From Pseudobdellovibrionaceae bacterium (lineage in GTDB: Bacteria; Bdellovibrionota; Bdellovibrionia; Bdellovibrionales; UBA1609), in the NCBI GenBank assembly GCA_947444305.1, contig CANEZP010000008.1:86682-150681 (forward strand): a stretch of 64,000 nucleotides of DNA, read 5' to 3'. Position 1 is the stretch's first letter; each line of letters starts with the position of its first letter. Made by a program: the position numbers and the translations under genes. Below are positions 1 through 9,830 of this stretch, in pieces. A model generated the notes under the pieces. It was not told the origin of the DNA, ran no database searches, and saw only the letters and a list, made by a program, of their open reading frames with translations.

Positions 1-995
1 AGCGCGAACAACAAACCGAAGAAGACAAAAATTTGGTAATGTTCGTTGTAGTGACTGACTTCGAGCGATTCGTACTGCGCTTTTTGTAAACGGTCGATGC
101 CGTCACGCAGGTTCTTTACCGCGTCACCGCCGAAGCTGACCTGCATGTATTCGCCTTTGCCCGCCGTCGCTAAAGCTTTAAGAGCGTCGCCGGTGAACTT
201 GCTCGTGACCGGTTGGCCCTTGCGGTCCTTCTTGTAACCGACCATGTTGCCGTTTTTATCACGCACCGGGATTTGCCCGCCGGCTTCCGTACCGAAACCT
301 AAGGTGTAAATGCGCGCGCCGCCCTCGGCGATTTTCTGGGCGGCGTCGAGCCCGCCTTTTTCCGTTTCCTCACCGTCGGAAGCGAGGATGATCACTTTGG
401 TCACCTTTTGGTCTTCGTCGCTATCGACACCGCCGCGATGCAAAGCCTGGTTCGCTTCGGTCAGCGCCTTTTTAAAATCGGTCCCCTGCGTGGCCACCGA
501 ATCCGGGCTTAAGGATTCAAGAAACATTTTGAGCGCGGACTTATCGCTGGTTAACGGCGACAGCAAGATAGCTGAGCCCGCAAAGGCAATCAGGCCCACC
601 TTGTCGCCCCCGAGCAAATCTAAGAAACGTGAGATCTCGCGCTTCGCTAAATCTAACCGTGAAGGCCGTGCGTCTTCGGCCAGCATGGAGTTACTTACGT
701 CGACCGCGATCATGATCTCGAGGCCTTCGCTCTTCGCCTTCTGCTTACCTTCGCCGGATTGCGGCCGCGCCAGGGCAATGATGAAGAAGAACAAAGTGAT
801 GCATTGAAGGATCAGCTTCCATTTGCGTTTCTTTAACGAGAGCGAGCGGGTCAGGAACTTCGCGATCGGCGCCGAAATTTGGCTTTGAATCACTTGCGCG
901 CGCCGTTTCCCCGTCCACCAAATTAGAAAAATAACGAGCGGGATCAGCCACAACAATTGTAAAGCCGCGTGATCTTCAAAACGGTATTCGAACAT
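1..995 (-). CDS. batB: BatB-like vWA-domain membrane protein (partial; C-terminus lies beyond the left window edge)
   Basis: Absent from the ORF track because it is edge-truncated. Manual minus-strand translation from ATG 995-993 gives MFEYRFEDHAALQLLWLIPLVIFLIWW (TM), then LEIMIAVDVSNSMLAEDARPSRL (MIDAS DxSxS), then KVIILASDGEETEKG. The frame stays open to position 1. The start overlaps the batA stop (TAATG). Confidence 0.8.
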   Translation of the reverse strand, partial: MFEYRFEDHAALQLLWLIPLVIFLIWWTGKRRAQVIQSQISAPIAKFLTRSLSLKKRKWKLILQCITLFFFIIALARPQSGEGKQKAKSEGLEIMIAVDVSNSMLAEDARPSRLDLAKREISRFLDLLGGDKVGLIAFAGSAILLSPLTSDKSALKMFLESLSPDSVATQGTDFKKALTEANQALHRGGVDSDEDQKVTKVIILASDGEETEKGGLDAAQKIAEGGARIYTLGFGTEAGGQIPVRDKNGNMVGYKKDRKGQPVTSKFTGDALKALATAGKGEYMQVSFGGDAVKNLRDGIDRLQKAQYESLEVSHYNEHYQIFVFFGLLFA

Positions 996-2002
996 TACGG
1001 CCCCTTCCTTAGAACGGTCGCGCCCATGAACACGGCGATGATGTACAAAATCACCGACCACTTAAGATAAGGCGGGAACAGCTCGGCGTAGCGGGTGAGC
1101 TGCGAAGTCTCGATGTTGGTTTTTTCTAAGCTATCGATCTCTTTAAAAATATTTTGGAGGGCATTGCCGGTGGTCGCGCGCCAATACTTTCCGCCCGTAT
1201 CGCCCGCGAATTTTCCGAGCAGTTGATCGTTCACCGAAGAATGGATCGGCCGGTAGCGTTTGACCTTGCGACCGAAGACGTCTTCAACGACCACGGGCAA
1301 CTGTGCATCCCCGTCGACGCCGACCCCGATCGAGTAGATCTTTATGCCGTAACCCTTCGCGATCTCGAGCGCCGTTTCCGGATCAATCGTGCCGGTGTTG
1401 TTTTCACCGTCGGTCATAAAAATTATGATACGGCTTTTCGCGGTCGAATCTTTGAGGCGGGCCACCCCGTTGGCCAGGCCCACGCCGATCGCCGTCCCCA
1501 TTTTGATGTTACGTGCCGGTTGGATGTCGGCGACGCTTCTTTGCAGCAATGGATAATCTAAGGTCATGGGCACGCGCGTGTAGCTTTCACCGGCAAAAAC
1601 CACGAGGCCTATACGATCCGAAACGCGTGCTTTGATGAAGTTCGATATCGTTTGTTTGGCCGACTCGAGCCGGTTCTCGGGCTCCATGTCTTCGATCAAC
1701 ATCGAATCCGAGATATCGAACACGATGACGATGTCGATGCCCTCCACGCTACGTTTGATTTTCGTGTCGGCTTTTTGCGGCCGCGCGAGCGCGAAGACCG
1801 CGAGGATTAACGCGAGCACTTTTATTATGACCGGCGCCCAGCTTAATTGCGCACGGTAGCCGCGATGAACCTTTAAAAAGCCTGCGAGATGCGAGAACTG
1901 CACGGTCGCCGTTCGTTTCCGGCGCGCGTACCAAATCCAAAACGCAACCGCGGCGAGCGGCAGCAAAAGCGCAAAGGCGTAGGGTGAGTACCACACCGTC
2001 AC
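995..2002 (-). CDS. batA: BatA-like vWA-domain membrane protein
   Basis: 335 aa. N-terminal TM segments, MIDAS motif IVIVFDISDSM, vWA core IIIFMTDGENNTG, C-terminal TM. 4-nt overlap with the upstream gene. Confidence 0.85.
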   Translation of the reverse strand: MTVWYSPYAFALLLPLAAVAFWIWYARRKRTATVQFSHLAGFLKVHRGYRAQLSWAPVIIKVLALILAVFALARPQKADTKIKRSVEGIDIVIVFDISDSMLIEDMEPENRLESAKQTISNFIKARVSDRIGLVVFAGESYTRVPMTLDYPLLQRSVADIQPARNIKMGTAIGVGLANGVARLKDSTAKSRIIIFMTDGENNTGTIDPETALEIAKGYGIKIYSIGVGVDGDAQLPVVVEDVFGRKVKRYRPIHSSVNDQLLGKFAGDTGGKYWRATTGNALQNIFKEIDSLEKTNIETSQLTRYAELFPPYLKWSVILYIIAVFMGATVLRKGP

Positions 2003-2901
2003 CGGCCGCCTCCCCGCTTCGCGTCTTTCGCGGCTTCAATACGCTCGGCCGCGTCCATGCTCATGCGGTGAATCTGTTCAACGTCCACCTGCTTCACTTC
2101 GGCGACGGATTTCATTCGCGCTAATTCCTGCAACGTGCGCTTCAAAGGATCGCCCGCGTTCATGTACACTTGCCGATGCCTTCGGCGTAAGTCGTCCATG
2201 ATCGCGCGGTCGGACCATTCCAGCGTCGGGATTTGAAATTCGCGTAAAATATAAAGGCGGAATTCACGGTTGAGATCGTCCGCCACGGTTTTGATCCCCT
2301 CGGGCGAAACGGTCACGTTTAAACGGCGGCGCAACTGCCGGGCGTCGCGGTAAAACTGGTGGAGCGGAGACAACGCCGTTTTGTGGCGCGCAAGCTCGGC
2401 CAACATGCGGGTGCGTTGCGAGTAGCGGCGCACAGTGCGGAAAATAGCCAGCGCGATCAATAAAACGACGACGCCGATCGCAACGACGATCCACATGGGA
2501 AAAGTCAGCCCCCACGGGCCATAAGGCGGGAACGGTTGCACCTGCTCGCCTTTTTTCAGAATACTTTTAATTTCCCAAGCAGGCTTCGCGACTTCAAAGC
2601 CGGCTTCACCTTGCGTGATGCGAACGTATTCCGGGGCGTGCGCGCCCGGTTTGTAACCCGTGACGGTCATGACCGCTTCGTTACCCTCGAGCTTTTCGGC
2701 TTTCAGAACGTAGAGGCTATAACTATCTTCCTTTTTCGGAAACTGAACGGTCAACGGACCCGCCGCGGCCCAAGTCACGGGAATGTCACCCCGGCACGAC
2801 AGACTAAATTTCGCGCCCACGGTCAGCGCGTTGAGTTCGGGCGGGTTTTGTTCCGCCGCTTTACCGAAGGTGCAATTCCAAATAGGTAGCGCTTCGCTCA
2901 T
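1999..2901 (-). CDS. Membrane protein of the Bat/MoxR operon, function unknown
   Basis: 300-aa ORF translationally coupled on both sides (4-nt overlaps with the DUF58 gene and batA). One central TM segment (WIVVAIGVVVLLIALAIF). Confidence 0.6.
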   Translation of the reverse strand: MSEALPIWNCTFGKAAEQNPPELNALTVGAKFSLSCRGDIPVTWAAAGPLTVQFPKKEDSYSLYVLKAEKLEGNEAVMTVTGYKPGAHAPEYVRITQGEAGFEVAKPAWEIKSILKKGEQVQPFPPYGPWGLTFPMWIVVAIGVVVLLIALAIFRTVRRYSQRTRMLAELARHKTALSPLHQFYRDARQLRRRLNVTVSPEGIKTVADDLNREFRLYILREFQIPTLEWSDRAIMDDLRRRHRQVYMNAGDPLKRTLQELARMKSVAEVKQVDVEQIHRMSMDAAERIEAAKDAKRGGGR

Positions 2902-3773
2902 CGGCCGCTCCGCCTTTGAAAAAAGCCTAAGAGCGGCGTTACGAGATCGCCGTCGGTGCGGATATTAATTTGATCGACTTGGCTGCGCTTCAATTCGTTC
3001 GCGCGCTTAGAGGTCATCTGGGTTAGGTATTCTTTGTATTCTTTTTGGAAGACCGGCGACGATGTGTCGACGCATACCGTTTCGCCCGATTCGGGATCTT
3101 CAAAATCGACCAATCCCATTTTCGGAATTTCGACTTCGAGTTTATCTTCGAGTACGACCGCGACCGTGTCGTGCTTGCGGCTGAGTTTGCGCAATGCCCC
3201 TTCGAAGCCGCTGCCCAAAAAATCGCTGATCACAAAGATGTGCGCTTTCTTTTTTAGCGCACCGTAGAGGTGATCGATCGCCACTTCGATGTTCGTGCCC
3301 CGCGAAGCGGGCTTGTGATAATAGAGGTCGCGTAAAATTCGCATCGCTTGCCCGCGACCTTTTTTAGGCGGCACGAACAATTCGACTTGATCCGAAAACA
3401 GCAGAAGTCCGACGGAATCTTTGTTCGCCGTTGCGGCGAAGCTTAAGAGTGCGGCCACGTGCGCGGCCACTTCGCCTTTGAAATATTGTTTGCTGCCGAA
3501 GTCTTGCGAACCGCTCACGTCGACCGCGAGGATCACGGTCATCTCGCGCTCTTCGTCGAACTTCTTGATGTAGACTTTGCCCGAGCGGGCCATGAGCGAC
3601 CACGCAATCGTGCGCACGTCGTCGCCCGGGACGTATTCGCGAAATTCAGAGAAAGTCATACCCTGACCCTTAAAGGCCGAATGGTATTCTCCGAGGAAGA
3701 GATTGTTCACCTTCTTACGGGTGGAAATCTCGAGGAGCTTAACTTTCTTGAGGAGCTCCGGCGGTAAACTCAA
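2898..3773 (-). CDS. DUF58 family protein (vWA-like, MoxR-associated)
   Basis: 291 aa with DUF58-type pattern (FSEFREYVPGDDVRTIAW, ILAVDVSGSQDF). It sits directly downstream of a MoxR ATPase, as in Bat operons. Confidence 0.85.
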   Translation of the reverse strand: MSLPPELLKKVKLLEISTRKKVNNLFLGEYHSAFKGQGMTFSEFREYVPGDDVRTIAWSLMARSGKVYIKKFDEEREMTVILAVDVSGSQDFGSKQYFKGEVAAHVAALLSFAATANKDSVGLLLFSDQVELFVPPKKGRGQAMRILRDLYYHKPASRGTNIEVAIDHLYGALKKKAHIFVISDFLGSGFEGALRKLSRKHDTVAVVLEDKLEVEIPKMGLVDFEDPESGETVCVDTSSPVFQKEYKEYLTQMTSKRANELKRSQVDQINIRTDGDLVTPLLGFFQRRSGR

Positions 3774-3775
3774 GG

Positions 3776-4765
3776 CTACGGTACCTCTACGTGCCCGAGA
3801 ATTTCTTTGATCACGGTGTCGGTGGTGATGCTCTCGGCTTCGGCTTCGTAGGTTAAGATCAAACGGTGACGGAGGACATGGTACGCAATCCCCTTCACGT
3901 CATCGGCGGTGACATATCCGCGACCGCGGATGAAGGCGTGTGCTTTCGCCGCACGGGTTAACGAAATGGTCGCGCGCGGACTGCCGCCCACTTTAATCAT
4001 GGGCGCCATCGGCGCGAGCCCGTGCTCTTTGGGTTCGCGGGTCGTCATGACGATTTCGACGATGTAGTTTTTGATTTTTTCGTCGACGTAGATTTTATCG
4101 GCCGTTTCGCGCGCGCGGTTCAAATCGTCTTTTTGGATGATCGTTTCGATGTCGGGTTGTTTGTCGACCGACATGCGGTTCAAGATTTCCATCTCTTCGT
4201 TACGTTTAGGGTAATCGACCACCAACTTGAACATGAAACGATCCATCTGCGCTTCGGGTAAGGGATAGGTCCCCTCTTGTTCGAGCGGGTTCTGAGTCGC
4301 GAGAACCAAGAACGGTTTTTCCAATTTATAAGTCGTGTCGCCGATGGTGACCTGTTTTTCGGCCATGGCTTCGAGCATCGCCGATTGGACCTTAGCCGGC
4401 GCGCGGTTGACCTCATCGGCCAAGATAATGTTCGAGAAGATCGGCCCCTGCTTCGGCACGAAGTCGCCCGTCTTAGGATTGAAGATCATCGTCCCGATCA
4501 AATCACTGGGCATCAAATCGGGAGTAAACTGAATCCGTTGGAATCCTAAGTTGATCGCCTTCGCGACAGAGGAGATCGTCAAAGTTTTCGCCAGGCCCGG
4601 GACCCCTTCGAGCAAAACGTGTCCGCCCGTCAGCAAACCCATCATGATGCCTTCGAGCATTTCTTTTTGCCCGACGACGACCTTCGACACTTCTTTAAGC
4701 ATCTTCTCGACGAAGACACTTTCCTTTTTTATGGATTCGTTCAGGGCCATCAAGTTGAAATCCAC
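3776..4765 (-). CDS. moxR: MoxR-family AAA+ ATPase
   Basis: 329 aa. Walker A GVPGLAKT, Walker B ILADEVNRAP. Length and layout are typical of MoxR/AAA_3. Confidence 0.9.
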   Translation of the reverse strand: MDFNLMALNESIKKESVFVEKMLKEVSKVVVGQKEMLEGIMMGLLTGGHVLLEGVPGLAKTLTISSVAKAINLGFQRIQFTPDLMPSDLIGTMIFNPKTGDFVPKQGPIFSNIILADEVNRAPAKVQSAMLEAMAEKQVTIGDTTYKLEKPFLVLATQNPLEQEGTYPLPEAQMDRFMFKLVVDYPKRNEEMEILNRMSVDKQPDIETIIQKDDLNRARETADKIYVDEKIKNYIVEIVMTTREPKEHGLAPMAPMIKVGGSPRATISLTRAAKAHAFIRGRGYVTADDVKGIAYHVLRHRLILTYEAEAESITTDTVIKEILGHVEVP

Positions 4766-4877
4766 GCTGCACTCCTGATCTTTAGTATTATCACCGACCG
4801 CTCGCTCGCGATCCTTTGCTTGTCTCTTGAACCGACATACAGTTTAATCTACGGATTATCGATATGGCGAGGGTAGA

Positions 4878-5714
4878 TTGTTGAAATCTTGGATGAATCC
4901 GAAATGGCGGGCACTCACGTTCTTAATTTTAGTTAATCTCGCCTGGATCGCCGGGGCTACGGCGTGGACGGATCGCGAAACTTGGTTGTGGATTACGCCG
5001 ATTGCGCTCAGCATTAATTTTCTCCTTCTCACTTACGACCAGCTCCTCACCTTTAGCCGACTCGACAGTCGTCCTTTGCAGGGCCAAGACGCTTGGGGAA
5101 TATTAAAAGCCGTTCATTCTTTAAGCCAAAGATTTGAAATGCCCGAACCGGAAGTTTATATGGTCGCGCATCCGTCGGCGCAAGTCTTCGCTTACGCGCG
5201 CACCCGCAAGCGCGCCCGAGTTTTCGTGACCGAGGGCGCCGCGCGTCTCTTGCGCCCGCGCGAACTCGAAGCCGTTCTGACTTTCCAAATGATGTCCATC
5301 GACCGCTCGCTGCCCATCCTTAATTATTGGATCGGCGCTCTGCTCGATCTGATTTTTCGGGTCGGCGCTACGGTCGAGCGGGCCTTCGCTTTTGTTTTCG
5401 GCTGGGCGCCCCCGCTGGCCGTGTGGCTCATTGGACCGGTGTCGTGGCTGCTGCATTTCTTTTTATTGAGCCGCTCGGATTTTCGTAAGCTCGACAAACG
5501 CACGGCGAATATGATCGATAATCCCGAAGATCTCGCGCGGGCACTCGTGAAAATGGAATCCTACGCCCGCACGCAGCCCTGGCGCGAAGCCTGGGTGTTC
5601 GCCCACATGTGCATCGTCAGTCCACTCGATCTGGGCAGCATGCAGAACTTCTTACGGGCCCAACCCCCCATGAAGTCGCGCATCAAAGATTTGCTGGGCC
5701 GCTACCCGCTTTAA
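4878..5714 (+). CDS. M48/HtpX-like membrane protein lacking the HExxH catalytic motif
   Basis: 278 aa with N-terminal TMs and an M48-like core (VYMVAHPSAQVFAYARTRKRARVFVTEGAARLL..RELEAVL). AHExxH is replaced by TFQMMS. TTG start uncertain (alternative ATG 4893). Confidence 0.6.
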   Translation: MLKSWMNPKWRALTFLILVNLAWIAGATAWTDRETWLWITPIALSINFLLLTYDQLLTFSRLDSRPLQGQDAWGILKAVHSLSQRFEMPEPEVYMVAHPSAQVFAYARTRKRARVFVTEGAARLLRPRELEAVLTFQMMSIDRSLPILNYWIGALLDLIFRVGATVERAFAFVFGWAPPLAVWLIGPVSWLLHFFLLSRSDFRKLDKRTANMIDNPEDLARALVKMESYARTQPWREAWVFAHMCIVSPLDLGSMQNFLRAQPPMKSRIKDLLGRYPL

Positions 5715-5796
5715 ATTCCGCGCAAGGATGAACGCAAATTCACTTGATTCGGGGCGCCACCGAATGCAAATTCTTTGGAATCGCGAGGAGGCTCAC

Positions 5797-6072
5797 TTGG
5801 CTAAAGATTCGTTACCGTGCTCTTTTTCAACTCTCATTCTATCGATGGCCTCCAGCGCCGTGCTCGCGCTCGGGCTCGATAAAAATCCGCAAACCGGTGA
5901 GTACGAAAAAGACTTGGACGTCGCCCGCTTCAACATCGACATGCTTAATCTTTTGAAAGAGAAAACAAAAAATAATCTCGACAAAGATGAACAACAATTT
6001 CTCGATAGCGTCGTTAGCGATCTGCAAATGAAGTTCGTCTACGTTCAAAACGGTTCCGACAAAAAATCATAA
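5797..6072 (+). CDS. DUF1844-like small protein
   Basis: Pattern FSTLILSMASSAVLALG followed by an acidic/lysine-rich tail. I prefer TTG 5797 (in frame, 5 nt after GAGGAGG) over the longest-ORF start at 5728. Confidence 0.6.
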   Translation: MAKDSLPCSFSTLILSMASSAVLALGLDKNPQTGEYEKDLDVARFNIDMLNLLKEKTKNNLDKDEQQFLDSVVSDLQMKFVYVQNGSDKKS

Positions 6073-6086
6073 GGAGTTCTTCAGTC

Positions 6087-7556
6087 GTGAAAAATCTCGT
6101 CGCGCTGGTCGTCGCAATGACCGCCGGGTTTCTCGTTATCGCCCAAACTACACCGACCACTTCGATCCCCGTGTTTCCAAAACTAAAAGATTCCGACCCG
6201 TTACCGACCGGTCTCTTCATCAACTTGGCCAAGGCGGTTAACCCCGCCGTCGTGAATATCTTCACGACGTACATGCCCAAGGGCCGCGGCATGGGTGGCG
6301 GCGGTCGCGGCGGGCAACCGGGTGATCCTAACCGTGATCCATTCTTCGATCTGTTCGAACAATTTATGGGCCCGAGCCCGTACGGCCCCGCGACGCCGCA
6401 GCAATCGCTCGGCACCGGTTTTATCATCCGCGAAGACGGCTTGATCGTGACGAACAATCACGTCGTCGACAAAGCCGACGTCATTAAAGTGCAACTTGAA
6501 GAACGCTCGAAAGAATCTTTCGACGCCAAGGTCATCGGCAAAGATGCACGCACTGACATCGCGCTCATCAAAGTCGATGCAAAACGCAAACTGCCCTTCA
6601 TCAAGATGGGCGATAGCGCCTCCGTTCAGGTCGGCGAATGGGTCGCGGCCTTCGGTAATCCGTACGGCTATGGCCACTCGATGACCAAAGGGATCATCTC
6701 GGCCGTCGGCCGCGAAATTGACGAGCTTAATTTATTCCCGTTCATGCAAACCGACGCCTCGATCAACCCGGGAAATTCGGGCGGGCCTTTGATTAACACG
6801 CAAGGCTTGGTCATCGGCGTTAACGCCGCCGTTGACGCCCGCGCGCAAGGCATCGGCTTCGTCATCCCGATCGACAACGTGAAAAGCATTTTGCCCATGC
6901 TCGAAAAAGAAGGCTCCATTCAGCGCGGCTACATGGGCGTGCAACTTGAAGACATCGACGACGAACAAGCCGAATCTTTAGGCGTGAAAAATTCCGAAGG
7001 TGCCTTCGTCATGATGGTGCTGCCGGGTTCGGCCGCCGAAAAAGCCGGGCTTGAAACTTACGACTTGATCGTCGAGTTCGACGGCAAAAAAATCGCTTCG
7101 GCGCGGGATCTTACGAAAGCCGCGGCAGGCACGCCCGTCGGCGCGAAGGTCACGGTTAAAATCTTACGCAACGGCAAACCCAAAACTTTCCCGCTCACGA
7201 TGGGCAGCAATAGCGATCTTAAAACCGCCCGCCGCGGAACGAAGGACGCCAAGAAGATCGAAGGCGTGAAAGCCCCGTTCGAACTCGGCTTCATCGCAGG
7301 CGATTACTCCGCTTCGCTGGCCGAAGAATTCTCGCTACCGCGCTTACGCCAGCCGCGGCCCGTGATCCTTGCGGTCGAAAACAATTCCGAAGCGGCCCGC
7401 GCGGGGCTCGCGCCTGGTGACGTGATCCTCGATGTAAACCGTATCGAAGTGGCACGCGCGAAAGACGTAATCAAAAACTTGCGTAAAGGCACGATCAACA
7501 TCCTTCGCATTTTGAAACAAGACCGCGTCGTCCTCGTCTCGCTGCGAGCCAAGTAG
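6087..7556 (+). CDS. htrA: HtrA/DegP-family periplasmic serine protease with two PDZ domains
   Basis: 489 aa. Signal peptide, TNNHVV (His), DIALIKV (Asp), GNSGGPL (Ser), then two PDZ-like segments. AAGGAG lies upstream of the GTG start. Confidence 0.9.
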   Translation: MKNLVALVVAMTAGFLVIAQTTPTTSIPVFPKLKDSDPLPTGLFINLAKAVNPAVVNIFTTYMPKGRGMGGGGRGGQPGDPNRDPFFDLFEQFMGPSPYGPATPQQSLGTGFIIREDGLIVTNNHVVDKADVIKVQLEERSKESFDAKVIGKDARTDIALIKVDAKRKLPFIKMGDSASVQVGEWVAAFGNPYGYGHSMTKGIISAVGREIDELNLFPFMQTDASINPGNSGGPLINTQGLVIGVNAAVDARAQGIGFVIPIDNVKSILPMLEKEGSIQRGYMGVQLEDIDDEQAESLGVKNSEGAFVMMVLPGSAAEKAGLETYDLIVEFDGKKIASARDLTKAAAGTPVGAKVTVKILRNGKPKTFPLTMGSNSDLKTARRGTKDAKKIEGVKAPFELGFIAGDYSASLAEEFSLPRLRQPRPVILAVENNSEAARAGLAPGDVILDVNRIEVARAKDVIKNLRKGTINILRILKQDRVVLVSLRAK

Positions 7557-7567
7557 TGCGTTAGCAC

Positions 7568-7618
7568 GGGCGCAGGCTTGCGCCCGTTCCATATAAAGCC
7601 GGCGCAGGCTTGCGCCCG
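7568..7618 (+). terminator. Duplicated GC-rich stem-loop downstream of htrA (putative terminator / REP-like pair)
   Basis: The 18-mer ggcgcaggcttgcgcccg occurs twice (7569-7586 and 7601-7618). Each copy folds as stem ggcgca / loop ggct / stem tgcgcc. No clear U-tract. Confidence 0.45.
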
Positions 7619-7674
7619 CAAATTTCGCGAGATCACGATCTCTTGATCTGCGCGAATTTAGCCGATACATAGCC

Positions 7675-8658
7675 ATGGCTGAATCGGCGGCAAAAAATTT
7701 CTCGGATGATGAGTTTCTCGCGGTACCCGTCTCTTCGCTTCTTCACCGTAAGGCTTCGTTGTCGGATCTATATATCCGGCTCGGCACCGAACGCATGATT
7801 AAGGTTGCCCACAAAGGTGGCGCGATCGATGTCGAACGCATTGCCCGCTTCGGCGAAAAGAACGTGCAGTACCTTTACGTTCACCGCTCTGAATTCTCCG
7901 GCATCGTTTCGGATTTGGTTCGCGGCGCCGAACATCTGACCGGCCTGCACCAAGTTCCGCACGATTTGAAGATCACCAAGTTTTTTAACATCGCCGAATC
8001 CGTTTATAGTGAGCTGCTGAATTTGCCCATCTCGGACGAATCGCTCGGCCGCGCGATGCGCCTTTCGACCGAGATCGCGACGAACCTACGTGAGAAGCCC
8101 GACTTCGCCAAGTTAGTCAAAAGCGTCGTCAGCATGGGTGACGAGTTTTCACGCCATTCACTCGGTGCGGTTGTGATGTCCAATTTATTAGTGGCGCAAC
8201 TGGATTGGTCTTCGCCTAAACTTCTCGCGCCGATCACGATGGGTGCCTTCTTCCACGACATCGGCCTGAAAGAACTGCCGCAAGAATTATGGTTTAAAAA
8301 CCGGATCGAAATGTCGCGCGAAGAGATCGCTTTGTACGAAACGCATCCCGCCCTCGGCGTGCAGATGCTAAATTCAATTCCGTTTATCACGCCCGACGTT
8401 TTACGGATCGTGCAAGAACATCACGAAATTCCGAACGGCGCCGGTTTCCCGAACAAGCTGCGTTTAGATCGCATCTTCCCGATGGCGAAGATCGTTTCGT
8501 TCGGCAATATGCTCGCGCATGAAATGTTTGATCCGAATCCTGACCAGCCGTTTTCGCTCGACCGCATGGCGCAAAAGATCGATCACGTCTACAGTCAGAT
8601 GTTCACCACCGACCTCGCCCGCGCGGCCCGCCGCATTTTCAAAAAAGACGACAAGTAG
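7675..8658 (+). CDS. HD-GYP-type HD-domain protein
   Basis: 327 aa. FFHDIGLKELP (HD) and HHEIPNGAGFPNKL (HHExxDGxGYP-like, with GFP in place of GYP). Confidence 0.8.
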   Translation: MAESAAKNFSDDEFLAVPVSSLLHRKASLSDLYIRLGTERMIKVAHKGGAIDVERIARFGEKNVQYLYVHRSEFSGIVSDLVRGAEHLTGLHQVPHDLKITKFFNIAESVYSELLNLPISDESLGRAMRLSTEIATNLREKPDFAKLVKSVVSMGDEFSRHSLGAVVMSNLLVAQLDWSSPKLLAPITMGAFFHDIGLKELPQELWFKNRIEMSREEIALYETHPALGVQMLNSIPFITPDVLRIVQEHHEIPNGAGFPNKLRLDRIFPMAKIVSFGNMLAHEMFDPNPDQPFSLDRMAQKIDHVYSQMFTTDLARAARRIFKKDDK

Positions 8659-9424
8659 AGTTCGTAAAAACGAAATCGATGCCGCGCGCCCGTTCGCGGT
8701 TGAAAAGGTTTTTTGTCGGCGTGAATCCCACGCCGGCGATTTGCTTTTGTTCGTGAAGTTGCGCGATGTGCGCTTCGCTCAAACCGAGATAGTGACCCGC
8801 CACTCCCCCGTAACCTTTTGCGAGCGAGAGTTTGACGAGTGGACTTAAATTCAACTGCCCGACCAAGATCCACGCGGCCGCCGGCGTCTTCCGTCCTTCG
8901 CGAACGATCGCGGGCTTCACCGTGAGCAAGTGGTAGTCGCGCAAAGGTTCGAATTTTTCTAAGCAGCTATTTAGTGCGGCTAACTTCGCGTCGTCCATCT
9001 CCACTTTGATTTCGATCATGAAGTGCAGGCCTTTGAGCGCCAGCACTTCGTCGAGCGTCGGTACATCCGGAGTAACCGATCGGATATTTTTGAGTGTCAT
9101 ACTTTTAAGAACGCCGGGGTGTTTGAACATTCGCTCGAGCTTGGGGTCATGATGGACGACCGGAACAAGATCGGCGGTAAAATGCACGTCGAATTCGATG
9201 CCGTAGGCGCCGAGTTCGCGCGCTTTGGTGAACGAGCGCATCGTGTTTTCAAAACAGGCGGTGTAGTCCCAAGCTCCGCGATGCGCGATCACTTTGGGGG
9301 CGGCGTGCGCGGAGCTTGGCGGATATCGGCGGAGCGCGAACGCTAAATCCGCGGCTTTCTCGACCAAGCTCACAACGTGTCTCAACATGAGACGGAAGAT
9401 ACCAACTGTTCCGTTTTGTTTCAA
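8639..9424 (-). CDS. Glycerophosphodiester phosphodiesterase family protein
   Basis: 261 aa. VIAHRGAW..ENTMRSF..GAYGIEFDVHFTADLVPVVHHD is the GDPD signature. The 3' end overlaps the convergent HD-GYP gene by 20 nt. Confidence 0.85.
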   Translation of the reverse strand: MKQNGTVGIFRLMLRHVVSLVEKAADLAFALRRYPPSSAHAAPKVIAHRGAWDYTACFENTMRSFTKARELGAYGIEFDVHFTADLVPVVHHDPKLERMFKHPGVLKSMTLKNIRSVTPDVPTLDEVLALKGLHFMIEIKVEMDDAKLAALNSCLEKFEPLRDYHLLTVKPAIVREGRKTPAAAWILVGQLNLSPLVKLSLAKGYGGVAGHYLGLSEAHIAQLHEQKQIAGVGFTPTKNLFNRERARGIDFVFTNSTCRLF

Positions 9425-9528
9425 ATTGAGACGCCGTTTTAGGTTGGTCTTTAGTCTAGTCCAGGATTCGCCGATACTAGGTATGGACTTGTGTATACAT
9501 CTTTTGAACTCATCCGGAGGTTACTGTC

Positions 9529-9828
9529 ATGAAGATCACCGAGGTCAAAGTCTTCCCCGTTAACGAGGAAAGGCTGAAAGCTTACGTCACGATCACCATC
9601 GACGACGTATTTGTAGTCCGCGATCTAAAAATCATCAAAGGCAACGAAGGACTCTTCGTGGCCATGCCTTCGAAAAAACGCAAAGACGGCCAATTCAAAG
9701 ATATAGCGCATCCCTTAAACCAAGAGACCCGCGCCGAAATCGAAAACGCCGTCTTCGACGCCTACGAAAAAGAAGTCCAAGCCATGGGCGCCAACCTAGG
9801 CGACCTCCACCGCGAAGGCTCCGACTGA
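9529..9828 (+). CDS. spoVG: SpoVG family protein
   Basis: 99 aa. MKITEVKVFPVNEERLKAYVTITIDDVFVVRDLKIIKGNEGLFVAMPS is near-canonical SpoVG. GGAGG RBS upstream. Confidence 0.9.
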   Translation: MKITEVKVFPVNEERLKAYVTITIDDVFVVRDLKIIKGNEGLFVAMPSKKRKDGQFKDIAHPLNQETRAEIENAVFDAYEKEVQAMGANLGDLHREGSD

Positions 9829-9830
9829 GA

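Noticed and set aside
310-951. Plus-strand 165-aa ORF (310-807) and minus-strand 68-aa ORF (745-951) in the track
   Set aside because: Both lie inside or out of frame with the edge-truncated batB-like gene, whose translation has clear vWA/MIDAS motifs. The 165-aa product is low-complexity (Ser/Ala/Pro-rich), typical of antisense translation of a GC-rich gene.
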